Below are positions 28,452-37,212 of a stretch of 64,000 bases of DNA, piece after piece (the first letter of the stretch is position 1; each line of letters opens with the position of its first letter). The notes beneath the pieces are model-generated. The model made no database searches and had not been told where the DNA came from. It saw only the letters and a program-made list of their open reading frames with translations. The position numbers and the translations under genes are program-made. The DNA comes from a virus (taxonomy: Duplodnaviria > Caudoviricetes): IMG/VR virus record IMGVR_UViG_2914436621_000001, positions 53,490 to 117,489 of that record, one strand, 5' to 3'.

Positions 28452-28817
28452 ATGGCATCAATGACAGAGCAGGAATTCACGGGCAGCCTAATCATTCCGT
28501 GTGAGACTGGAAAAGTGTCAGATGGCTACCATACTTTTGATGAGTTGTATGAGCATCGATGCTTGCTGTTTCTGGCACTGATGCGATCGCACCCCCACCA
28601 GTCCTGGAAATCCAGGAAACATCATGATGGCAGCGTATTTGAAGGTTGGTTTATTGCAGGGCTAATACTCCCAAGCGGAGCCGTGACCTACCATCTGCCA
28701 GACAGGATGTGGAACTTGTGCCGATGCCACGAGGTTGAGCTTGCTCCTGAATGGGATGGGCACACATCGAAGGATGTAATTGATAGGTTGACCCAGTGGC
28801 TAGGGGACGATCGCTAA
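28452..28817 (+). CDS. Conserved phage protein (YHTFDELYEHR...WDGHT type)
   Basis: Motifs SDGYHTFDELYEHR, WKSRKHHDG, TYHLP, APEWDGHT. Confidence 0.75.
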   Translation: MASMTEQEFTGSLIIPCETGKVSDGYHTFDELYEHRCLLFLALMRSHPHQSWKSRKHHDGSVFEGWFIAGLILPSGAVTYHLPDRMWNLCRCHEVELAPEWDGHTSKDVIDRLTQWLGDDR

Positions 28818-29360
28818 ATGCTTACATCCAGCTCACTCCAGCGTGAAACTGCTCAAACGACGGTAAAACTCCGTCGTCTCACGTCGGAACTAAGAACCGA
28901 TCGCCTTCCCCTAGAACAATGGCAATCCCGCTTCACCGACACGCTCAGAGCAGCCCATCTGAGTGCCGCTGAAATTGCCGCTGATGGAACGCTGACACCG
29001 CCGTATGAGGCGATCGTGGATGAGGTGTTAGCGGAAGAGTTGGATTATTTGAGCAAGTTCGCCGATGACCTTGCCAGTGGGCAGTATGACGAAGAAGTTA
29101 GCCCGGTTCGCTACACTGCGCTAGAAAGAGCAGGGCTATACGCTGCCGCCTTGGCGTTGACCTACTCAAGGGCAACCATTCTCACTCGCCAATCACAAGG
29201 CCACACTCAAGCCTGGAGACGGCTGAATGCACTTGCTCGCAGTTGCAAGCAATGCGTTGAGTATCAGACGTTTGGCTGGGTGGGAATTGATGAAGTGGTG
29301 GCGATCGGGCATCGTTGCGCGTGTCGTGGACGCTGCAAATGCCATATCTCATTCAGGTAG
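28818..29360 (+). CDS. MuF/gp7-like head morphogenesis protein (short form)
   Basis: ERAGLYA, WRRL...CKQC...C.CRGRCKC C-terminal Cys motif as in MuF-like proteins; adjacent to portal but inverted. Confidence 0.55.
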   Translation: MLTSSSLQRETAQTTVKLRRLTSELRTDRLPLEQWQSRFTDTLRAAHLSAAEIAADGTLTPPYEAIVDEVLAEELDYLSKFADDLASGQYDEEVSPVRYTALERAGLYAAALALTYSRATILTRQSQGHTQAWRRLNALARSCKQCVEYQTFGWVGIDEVVAIGHRCACRGRCKCHISFR

Positions 29361-29445
29361 CGATCGGATATGCACTGGGATTACGCCATTTGGCGGAAAT
29401 GCCCACCAGTGACCTTCCTGAAAAAATGGGTCGGTGTAGCCGTTT

Positions 29446-30285
29446 TCATTGCAACTGTTGAGACTTAAATGCCTTCACCAGATTCCTAAGCTCAACTTTG
29501 TTGAATGAGAGATCGTAGCGATCGCCGTTAGCATCAATGCCATAAGGAACGAAATAGTTGGATTTTTGTTGGTTTTGCTGAGCCTCAATAATTTGCAAAT
29601 TGCTGTGAACGTGCATTCCACAAATCAATGGACTGACGAGAGGATCGATGTGATCGACATGAACTTCAAATCCCATGCTTCGTTGTTGCGCTGCCGCAAT
29701 GTAAACCGCTTGGATAGCTTCAAAGTCAGCCCAACCAGGAATTGACTGCCGAAAAGTGTTGTAGCGAGTCTTGCTCAGCCTGTGTATGCGACTGCGGCTA
29801 TCTTGAACATACTGCTTCATCCACGCCGCAATTCGATCCCGGTTTTTGAGGCGATACTTACGATTTGAGGCTCTTACGGCTTCCGCATTTTCAACACGAT
29901 ATAGCGATCGCTTGAACAAAAAGGTTGCTCTATTGCGCTGATAATAGTTTCTCGCTTGAGTTTTTCGCTTCTCACGATTTCGCTGATTGTAATCACGGAC
30001 TGCGGCTAGCCGCTTCTCACGATCTCGCTGGTAGCGCATCTTCTCGTACTGCAATCGGGCTTCGCAATTCTCCCGGTAGTAGTGGATTGACTTCTCAAGC
30101 TTCTCCTCTCGGTGCCGCAAATAATTGCGCTTTTTCTGGGCTTTTACTTTGTCCGGGTTGCTTTGCCGCCAATCGGCATGGCAAGTGCGGCAAATGGTTC
30201 GCAATCCATCTTTTTTCGAGCGATCGTTCGTGAAGCAGTTTAAAGCAAGAAACTGCTTACATTTATTGCATTGTTTGAGATCCAT
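29446..30285 (-). CDS. HNH homing endonuclease
   Basis: N-terminal CNKC...CRTC, basic repeats, HVDHIDPL...CGMHVHSNLQII...N..KSN. Confidence 0.88.
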   Translation of the reverse strand: MDLKQCNKCKQFLALNCFTNDRSKKDGLRTICRTCHADWRQSNPDKVKAQKKRNYLRHREEKLEKSIHYYRENCEARLQYEKMRYQRDREKRLAAVRDYNQRNREKRKTQARNYYQRNRATFLFKRSLYRVENAEAVRASNRKYRLKNRDRIAAWMKQYVQDSRSRIHRLSKTRYNTFRQSIPGWADFEAIQAVYIAAAQQRSMGFEVHVDHIDPLVSPLICGMHVHSNLQIIEAQQNQQKSNYFVPYGIDANGDRYDLSFNKVELRNLVKAFKSQQLQ

Positions 30286-30409
30286 AATTCCTGCTGATGA
30301 CAAGTCAGCGACCTTTCTTGAACGGGCAGAGTGGTAGTCAACCACCTTTTCGGGAGCGACCCTAGCCCATCATCATTTTAACTTGTATAAGGGCTGGAAT
30401 GTATCATCA

Positions 30410-31780
30410 TCAAGGGTTGTGGCCATCTCCTGTTAAATGGTTGAATTGCAGGCTGGCCAAACAGTAACGCAGACTATCACTTCTATGGTCAACCTGCCCT
30501 GGCGCTACTTCATCTTTCACATTTCCATCTTTATCAACTGCTCTGTGATAGCTACGCAACTCGTCCACAAAACTCACTTCTTCGGCTTCATTGCTGAGTT
30601 CAGAACTGATATACAACTTGTCTTGATAGAAAAAGCTGTTTACAACCTGAATTCCTTCCTTGATTCGGTTAAATGCTTTGACCGAACGCTGTAATCCTTC
30701 AATGCTGTGCTTTTTGCCTGCTTTACGAAATTCCAGAATTGAAGCGGGTCTAGACGGGTCGCAAAAAACACGCCTGACATTCCACTTGCGTGCCAATTCA
30801 ACCGCTTTGCTGACGTGATCATCAATTGGCACGGTCAAGCCAGTTGTGCTGTGCCAAGCGTCTAGCACGTAGTAAATTCCATCTGCACTCTGACCAACCA
30901 CGACCAAAGCGGGGTGTGTATCACCCCAGTCACAAGCCATCCAGGTTGTTCTGAATGCCTTAGGCAGCTCATCTGCAATGTGATGGTCTTGTAAATGCTC
31001 AAAGATTTGCCCGCTGAAGCTCTCCCAGCTTGCCTCAAACTCCTGCTGAAAGAGTTTTTTCGGCATTCTACGACGGGCGCTTTCAATGTTTTCCTTTGGG
31101 AAATGTGGGTTGTCTGCGGTAGTTTGATGCAGGTAGAAGAAGTCTGGATCTTCTTGAGCCTCGGTGCAGAATTTGTGGAAATAAGATCCCTTGCCCTTGG
31201 GTGTGCCGATTACTGTAGCTGAATAGTTCCTGTTTCGCCCCAGCGCAGGCAAAAGCACGGTATCCCAAAATCCATGCCCAAAGTCTTGGAACTCGTCACA
31301 GCCTGCCCAAACTGGGTTAATGCCTCGCAGTGCCTCACCGTTGTGAACGCCTCGCAGCATAAGCGATGGGCGATCGCCAATAAAGTCAATTCGATAGCGC
31401 GACTTATCGAGCTTTTTAACCCAGTGTCGCAGCGAACCGCCAACATCAAAAGCATTAAGCAGCGCTTGCCAATGGATATCAATTGCTTGCTTCATCCACG
31501 GCATCAAGATGACTGCAACTTGTGGCGATCGTGGGTTGATCTTGCCTTTGTACCCCAGGCAAAACTGAATCGCAGTGGTCTGAAGCAGTACTGATTTACC
31601 CCAGCCACGACCAGCCAATACAAGTTTAACCTTGGCCGAATAGTCAAAGACTAGTTGCTGATTCTCATGAAAGTCTGTGGGAGGGAGTTTAAGCTGCTTC
31701 GCTGTAAGCGGACGCTTGATCTTCGCCTTCAGCTTCGGCGATAGGCTCTTCGTCCTCAATGGTAGGGTCGATAACGTCAT
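30410..31780 (-). CDS. terL: Terminase large subunit
   Basis: Walker A GRGWGKS, Walker B CDEFQD, GTPKG, nuclease DWG, DPS, DHRSDSLRY. Confidence 0.95.
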   Translation of the reverse strand: MTLSTLPLRTKSLSPKLKAKIKRPLTAKQLKLPPTDFHENQQLVFDYSAKVKLVLAGRGWGKSVLLQTTAIQFCLGYKGKINPRSPQVAVILMPWMKQAIDIHWQALLNAFDVGGSLRHWVKKLDKSRYRIDFIGDRPSLMLRGVHNGEALRGINPVWAGCDEFQDFGHGFWDTVLLPALGRNRNYSATVIGTPKGKGSYFHKFCTEAQEDPDFFYLHQTTADNPHFPKENIESARRRMPKKLFQQEFEASWESFSGQIFEHLQDHHIADELPKAFRTTWMACDWGDTHPALVVVGQSADGIYYVLDAWHSTTGLTVPIDDHVSKAVELARKWNVRRVFCDPSRPASILEFRKAGKKHSIEGLQRSVKAFNRIKEGIQVVNSFFYQDKLYISSELSNEAEEVSFVDELRSYHRAVDKDGNVKDEVAPGQVDHRSDSLRYCLASLQFNHLTGDGHNP

Positions 31781-32135
31781 AGCCCGCCGTCATTACTGCC
31801 TTCAGATGGTCTTCCAGGTCGAAATAAAGCCCAAGTAGCTTTGCCTCGTCCTGTGCAATTTGGAAAGCAGCGCCCCATTTCTCGTTTTTGTAAGCTTTGT
31901 TGTAGAGATCTCGCCGGATGGCGACATGCTCTGCGCGGGCAATCTCACGATCGACCGCAATATCCTGGGTCATCCGCTCTCTGGCACGGGAGATATATTC
32001 ATCCGTTTGCCGAGTGGAGAGTCCCCACTCACTAGCGGCATACCGCAGGATGTGTTGTCTGGGTTCGCGCCTGAGCAGCAGAAGATAGACAGCGTGAACT
32101 CGCTGCTCCAGTTCCGCGTCGCTCGATTTATTCAT
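31689..32135 (-). CDS. Terminase small subunit (HTH)
   Basis: WGLSTRQTDEYISRA HTH, EAKLLGL motif; directly upstream of terL. Confidence 0.7.
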   Translation of the reverse strand: MNKSSDAELEQRVHAVYLLLLRREPRQHILRYAASEWGLSTRQTDEYISRARERMTQDIAVDREIARAEHVAIRRDLYNKAYKNEKWGAAFQIAQDEAKLLGLYFDLEDHLKAVMTAGYDVIDPTIEDEEPIAEAEGEDQASAYSEAA

Positions 32136-32149
32136 GTTCTAGGGGATTG

Positions 32150-32347
32150 TTATGAGGCCGTTTCAGGCGGCGCAAATCCGGTCATTGCGCCCGTAAAAGC
32201 GTCGATGACTCGTCGAGGAAACTGCTGCTCCATTTGATCCAATAACTCGTCTTCTGACAGGTCGGGCTGGTTGTCTACAAACTCAACCAGCCGCTGAAGC
32301 TGTTCAGATTCTTGAGGCGATAACTCTTCGTTCATGGTGCGATTCAA
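32150..32347 (-). CDS. Small acidic protein
   Basis: 65 aa, Glu/Asp-rich, between tagged protein 3 and terS. Confidence 0.6.
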   Translation of the reverse strand: MNRTMNEELSPQESEQLQRLVEFVDNQPDLSEDELLDQMEQQFPRRVIDAFTGAMTGFAPPETAS

Positions 32348-32395
32348 ACACTAATCCAGTATTAACAATCCTGCTGGCCTTTGATAAGCGGGAAT

Positions 32396-32986
32396 TTATC
32401 GATTGATAGCACGTTCGCGATCGCGCTGTCGTCGAAGCTGCCGATAATTTCCTTCAGCAACCTGCCCGGCAGGGGTGTTTGTTTCATATTGCCTCAACGT
32501 TGCATTGTCGGGCGTTAGCTTGCCGTTGCGGACGATCGCGTACTGGGTACCTCCTGCCCGCCCTGCAACAGGTCGAGAAAAGCCAGCAGACTCATAAGCC
32601 ACGGCACGGGTTGCACCTCGACTGTCTCCAATGACGGCATTGCATTCATATTTAAATCCATCAGGGCGAGTGGAGGCATCGTGAGTTATGATTCGACGGA
32701 TTTTGAGAGCGGCTAAATCCGCCTCTCGTCCCTTTAACGCTCCGGCAGTCGAACTGCCATTGACGCTAAATGAAACCGAATGTGAATCTGGATCGAAGAA
32801 GTCAGGCAAGATGTTTAAGCTAACTTTGTTGTCGCCAGACTTAAACTCATAGGTTTGAAAGCCACCTATTTTTTCGGCAGTTACCCCATCTGGTAATTTG
32901 GGCTGGCGACCGCCCTTAACCTCGCTAGAACTTTTGACGGCAAGCGCAAACTTCCCGCTTTTCCAAGAGCCGCCTTTGCTTGCCAT
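32396..32986 (-). CDS. MASKGGSWKSGKF-tagged protein 3 (possible GNAT-like fold)
   Basis: Shared N-terminal tag; R...YESAGF resembles the GNAT C-terminal motif (weak). Confidence 0.8.
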   Translation of the reverse strand: MASKGGSWKSGKFALAVKSSSEVKGGRQPKLPDGVTAEKIGGFQTYEFKSGDNKVSLNILPDFFDPDSHSVSFSVNGSSTAGALKGREADLAALKIRRIITHDASTRPDGFKYECNAVIGDSRGATRAVAYESAGFSRPVAGRAGGTQYAIVRNGKLTPDNATLRQYETNTPAGQVAEGNYRQLRRQRDRERAINR

Positions 32987-32995
32987 CAGATTTGC

Positions 32996-33649
32996 CTAAA
33001 TTTCCATTAATTGAACAATGGTCGATCGCCCCTCAGTTCTCTTCCCGGTCACCGTAAACCGAGACCCTGGAGGATAAAGGACTTCTCGCTCCCCTCTGTA
33101 GGAGCTAAGACGGCTGAGGTCTCTAGCATTCTTGCCAGTTGCATTGATCTCAAACTGCAAGTTACCCGATCGCCGCCGATCAGCCCTGGCAGATGTGCTC
33201 ATGAATCCCTTGTCGGTGTAGGTTTCGCCAACCCTAATCGACGAAATCACACTTTGAGAAACCCCTATCCCTCGATAAACAGTTCCTGTATGAGGTGGCA
33301 GCTTTTGTAAAGCCGATGCAGCAAAACGACCATCTAGCTCAAAGTTGCGACGGGCGCGATCGCTGAGATAGCTCAAGTCGCCCCCTCTAAGCAGAGTGTT
33401 GATGTTGCTGTAGCCATAGGTCGTGTAGTAGCGGAGGGCGGCGTACTCTTCCAGGTTGAGGTTGCCTAAATCCTTCGATCGCCCCTCTCTCATGTACCGC
33501 TTCAGCATCCTCTCCCTGGCACCGCCTCCCTCCATGCTCTTGAGATAGGTTTGGCGTAATTCCTCGGTGGAAGCAGTCTGGGTGGGGGCAGCTTGCATTT
33601 TCACGGGAGCAAACGTCCCGCTTTTCCAACTGCCGCCTTTGCTTGCCAT
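32996..33649 (-). CDS. MASKGGSWKSGTF-tagged ADP-ribosyltransferase (VIP2/C3-like, R-STS-ExE)
   Basis: YT..GYSNINTLLR, VYRG, FMSTS, EREVL catalytic motifs. Confidence 0.92.
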   Translation of the reverse strand: MASKGGSWKSGTFAPVKMQAAPTQTASTEELRQTYLKSMEGGGARERMLKRYMREGRSKDLGNLNLEEYAALRYYTTYGYSNINTLLRGGDLSYLSDRARRNFELDGRFAASALQKLPPHTGTVYRGIGVSQSVISSIRVGETYTDKGFMSTSARADRRRSGNLQFEINATGKNARDLSRLSSYRGEREVLYPPGSRFTVTGKRTEGRSTIVQLMEI

Positions 33650-34867
33650 TTAAACCTCGGCGTAATAGTCACTAAACCCGTCCGGGTTGAACGCCAGATA
33701 GGGCAGATTGTGGTCGTCAACCAGTTGAATCCAGCCCCCGCTGCTGTCACGTTTGGCAGCATATGCAAAGCAGGCAGCTCGTGCCGGAGAAGCTTTGATT
33801 CGGGCATCACTCCAAACCATTTGCAGCAGATCTCGATAGGTCATCCAGTTCGACCAGTTCTCTGCTTCTCGGCACACCTGGTGAGCTGTCGCCCCAACGT
33901 AATGCCCGATGCACAATTTGCCTTTGGGGAATTTGGGGCAGAGAAAGTCTGCAAATTCGTTGAAGCTGATCAGGTCTGTGGTCTGAAGTTGGCGATCATG
34001 GCACCAATTCACAAAGTCCTGAAGTACTCCAAATGTTTTGGGATAGAGCTGGTGATACGGCTCGAAGTAGTTGGAGCGGTTGGGTTGTCCTGCGCTGAAC
34101 ACTTCTAACCCCACGTCGGTGACCATCTGCCGCAGCTCCAGCCACTGCTGAAACTCATCCGGGTCAGGGTTACGTTTCTGCGCCCGTTTGATGATGCTCT
34201 CCCCGATCGCCTCCCTCCCCCGTTGCGGCATATTGCGGAGTTGTTTGTAGTTGAAGTGGATGGTTTCCGTCCAGACGCCATGCACACCACAATCTTTCAA
34301 CCGCTTCAGCAATTTAGGCGCTTGTTCTAGGGGAAGCCATTCTGGAGTCCACGGGTTCAGCCCGACGTTAACGGTGTGGCCTCTGCTGGTGAGCGTTTCG
34401 AGTAGGGAGAGGCGATCGCCAATCGACGGTGCACCTGGCTCAAGTCTGGCTCGAAGGTCATCGTCGAGCATGGCAATTGACACATACCAGCAGCTCGGCG
34501 GCAGGAATTCTAGCGCTTCCTCAATCCCTCGTCCCCCTTTGGTCTGGAGAGCGATCGGGATGCCTAGCTCAGTCATAGTCCGCATGACTGGGATGGACTG
34601 CTGGAAGTTGGAGGTAGCGAACGGATCAACACGGTTGGAGATGAGCACACCGTAGCCTTGTTGCAGTAGTTTTGCTTCTAAGGTCTGGCGGTTGTGATAG
34701 TCAGAGAGCAGCCGCATTGTCGCTTTAATGTCAGCGCGGCGATCGGGCTGGTTAAGGTTGGCGAAGCAATAGTGACAATTGTGACTACACCAATTGAATG
34801 AGGCTTCGAGGGGGAGCGGTGAGATCAAAAGCTCCCCATAGTAAACGCTGATGCTATCTCCAGCCAT
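33650..34867 (-). CDS. Radical SAM enzyme (spore photoproduct lyase-like)
   Basis: CSHNCHYC (CxxxCxxC), DPF, QTKG, LEPGAPS..RL motifs typical of the SPL/SplB-like clade. Confidence 0.88.
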   Translation of the reverse strand: MAGDSISVYYGELLISPLPLEASFNWCSHNCHYCFANLNQPDRRADIKATMRLLSDYHNRQTLEAKLLQQGYGVLISNRVDPFATSNFQQSIPVMRTMTELGIPIALQTKGGRGIEEALEFLPPSCWYVSIAMLDDDLRARLEPGAPSIGDRLSLLETLTSRGHTVNVGLNPWTPEWLPLEQAPKLLKRLKDCGVHGVWTETIHFNYKQLRNMPQRGREAIGESIIKRAQKRNPDPDEFQQWLELRQMVTDVGLEVFSAGQPNRSNYFEPYHQLYPKTFGVLQDFVNWCHDRQLQTTDLISFNEFADFLCPKFPKGKLCIGHYVGATAHQVCREAENWSNWMTYRDLLQMVWSDARIKASPARAACFAYAAKRDSSGGWIQLVDDHNLPYLAFNPDGFSDYYAEV

Positions 34868-34916
34868 TGTTTTCCTTTGCTAAAACTTTTATACAGGCTT
34901 GGCTTCGCGCCTCCCG

Positions 34917-35516
34917 TTAGCCCTGTTCCGCTGCCCGACGAGCAGCTTTGGCAGCTCTGCGTTCAGCTTCCTGTCGCTGCTGCAAGGCATCGTTTCTTTG
35001 CCGTGCATCTCGCTCCATCCTTGTGAAGGATGGGTTCCTGCCCGATCGCCCAACCAGTTCAGATCGGAACGTCTGAACAACTCTTTCGTTGTTTCTTTCA
35101 GCGGTAGACATTCGGTTGTACAGGGATTCTGCGATCGCCTGCGCCCCAGCGCTGACACGAACCCCCAAACCCGCATCTGAGGAGGCGATCGCCTGAATAC
35201 TTTGATTACTGATGACTGCGATGACGACATCCGCCTTGCCTTCAGCAGACAGTCGGTCAAAAGTGTCTGGATTTTTTAGATATTGCAATCCTTGCTCCAG
35301 TCGAGTGGTTGGGCCGCCCAATTCCTGCACTTCTCCCGATCGCTGATCGAATGGAGTGCTTTGTAGCGCCTTCACCTCTGCAATAGTCTGCTCAGCAAAT
35401 GAGGAAACTTGGCTGTCAGTTGGAGGGCGATCGCCATTTAAGGCTTCAGCCCCACCACTTTTTGAGGTGGCCGCAGCAAATTTCCCGCTCTTCCAAGAGC
35501 CGCCCTTACTCGCCAT
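34917..35516 (-). CDS. MASKGGSWKSGKF-tagged protein 1
   Basis: Shared N-terminal tag; start overlaps ParB-like gene end; Arg-rich C-terminus. Confidence 0.8.
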   Translation of the reverse strand: MASKGGSWKSGKFAAATSKSGGAEALNGDRPPTDSQVSSFAEQTIAEVKALQSTPFDQRSGEVQELGGPTTRLEQGLQYLKNPDTFDRLSAEGKADVVIAVISNQSIQAIASSDAGLGVRVSAGAQAIAESLYNRMSTAERNNERVVQTFRSELVGRSGRNPSFTRMERDARQRNDALQQRQEAERRAAKAARRAAEQG

Positions 35517-36192
35517 TCAGCCGTACCCCTAGTTCCATTATTTTGAGGAGCGTTTTTGTGTCGTCCTTTGTCTCCAACACGACCTTGAAACCTTCCCACA
35601 TCTTCTTTTGAGCGGAGGACAGCACGATCGCCAACGGATATTTCTCCTGCGGCGATTTGGAGACAGCGGTATCATCCTCCCCTTCCTGTTCTCCTTCCCC
35701 TAGAACAGAGCGATCGCTATCACTGTCATCTCCATCGCCAATCACCTGGGATGACTGGAATTCAACCCCCTCGTCTTCAAGGAACTTGTCAATTTCTGCG
35801 GGATCGAAGCCTGTCAGCCCTAAATCAAAATCCAGGCTATCTAGATCTTCGAGTTCGATAGAGAGAGCTTCATAGTCATAGCCTGACTCGGCAGACCGAT
35901 TGTCTGCTAACCGTGCCGCCTTCTTCTGAGCTTCTGATAGGTCAGCTCGGACGATGACGGGTACGCGGTCTAGACCCAGTCTAAGAGAGGCTTCTCGTCG
36001 TCCATGCCCCTTCAGGATGATGCCCTGCTCATCCACTACGATGGGTTGGTCGAAACCGAATTCTGCGATCGCTCCTGCAATCTTGTCGATCTGGCTGGTG
36101 GGATGCTTTTTGACATTGTTAGCGTAGGGAGTGAGGCTGTCAGGGTGACGCCACTCGATTTCAGCAGAAAAGACGGTTTTAGATTTGGACAT
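35506..36192 (-). CDS. ParB/Srx N-terminal domain protein
   Basis: LTPYANNVKKH, IAEFGFDQPIVVD, ILKGHGRREA, RLADNR motifs. Confidence 0.9.
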   Translation of the reverse strand: MSKSKTVFSAEIEWRHPDSLTPYANNVKKHPTSQIDKIAGAIAEFGFDQPIVVDEQGIILKGHGRREASLRLGLDRVPVIVRADLSEAQKKAARLADNRSAESGYDYEALSIELEDLDSLDFDLGLTGFDPAEIDKFLEDEGVEFQSSQVIGDGDDSDSDRSVLGEGEQEGEDDTAVSKSPQEKYPLAIVLSSAQKKMWEGFKVVLETKDDTKTLLKIMELGVRLNGE

Positions 36193-36234
36193 AGGGGACA
36201 AAAACGCTCTCACCTATGGGATTTGTCCAGAACC

Positions 36235-37206
36235 TCAAACATCCATCAGATCTGCTAGCATCTCCGTCACCTTGCCCTGGGCATTGACGCGATTGTCGTC
36301 GTAACGCATGAGAACCTCAGGCTTGCGGTGACGGCTCAGCTTCATGGTTTCCCGAATATTGCCATTGCTGGCATCCAACGCCGCCGTAATCCCGCTGTGG
36401 CGGCAGCGGTGGGGTGAGAACCGCTTTTTGATACCCGCCTTCTCTGCCAACTGAAACCGAACTAAGTGATAGAGTCCGTCTCCAGTCAAGCGTTGACCAA
36501 AGTGGGCGCGATCGACTGCAATAAATAGCGGTGACTTGGGCGCGCGATCGCCCCTTGCTTCCAGCCACACCTGGAGGGCTTCAACTGCGGCACTGCTCAG
36601 GCTAACCGATTCTTTCTGGGTGCCCCTCCCCTTCCCCAGGATGGCTAGAGTTTTGGCTTCAGGATTAAAGTCTGCAACGTTGGCAGAACAAATCTCATTA
36701 CGCCGCAGCACATTATCCCAGAGCAGCCGTAGGAGGGCGTAGTCACGCTTACCCTTAAGCGTTGAGCGATCGACGACTTGAAACAGCAGCTTGAATTCCT
36801 CTGGAGTAATGCCCGTGGTATCCCGATAGGTCTCGGTTTTCTCCAGTTCAATTTCTTCTAAGCTCCAAACACATTTGCCTACTTTCTGTGCAAAGGCAAC
36901 GAGTGACTTAATTGCAGACAGCCGTACATTGACGGTGGATTCGCTCAGCTCTCGTTTAATCAGTTGAGCTTTATAGTGCAACACCAGTTTGATGGCAGTG
37001 GCACGCTCCAACTGAAGGAAATGCGCGACAAGTGCCGGGTCAGGCTCTTTGCCACTGATGACTTCAAAGAAATCCTTTAATCCCCTGGCATAAGTGCGAC
37101 GGGTGCTCTCGCTCCGCTTGTCTGCCAGTAATTCTTGGATGAGATCTCGCTCCTCTACCAAATCGAGAAAGAAGGGAGACGAGGAAGAAGGGGCGATCGC
37201 ACTCAT
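36235..37206 (-). CDS. Second tyrosine recombinase (XerC/D-like resolvase)
   Basis: SAM-like N domain (STRRTYARGL, STVNVRLSAIKS), RDYALL..LRRNE, GKG, SPHRCRHS, RH...Y. Confidence 0.92.
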   Translation of the reverse strand: MSAIAPSSSSPFFLDLVEERDLIQELLADKRSESTRRTYARGLKDFFEVISGKEPDPALVAHFLQLERATAIKLVLHYKAQLIKRELSESTVNVRLSAIKSLVAFAQKVGKCVWSLEEIELEKTETYRDTTGITPEEFKLLFQVVDRSTLKGKRDYALLRLLWDNVLRRNEICSANVADFNPEAKTLAILGKGRGTQKESVSLSSAAVEALQVWLEARGDRAPKSPLFIAVDRAHFGQRLTGDGLYHLVRFQLAEKAGIKKRFSPHRCRHSGITAALDASNGNIRETMKLSRHRKPEVLMRYDDNRVNAQGKVTEMLADLMDV

Positions 37207-37212
37207 GGGGAA

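Noticed and set aside
35506-36192. ParB as a plasmid partition protein
   Set aside because: No HTH or parA partner seen; the context matches terminase-associated ParB-like domains.
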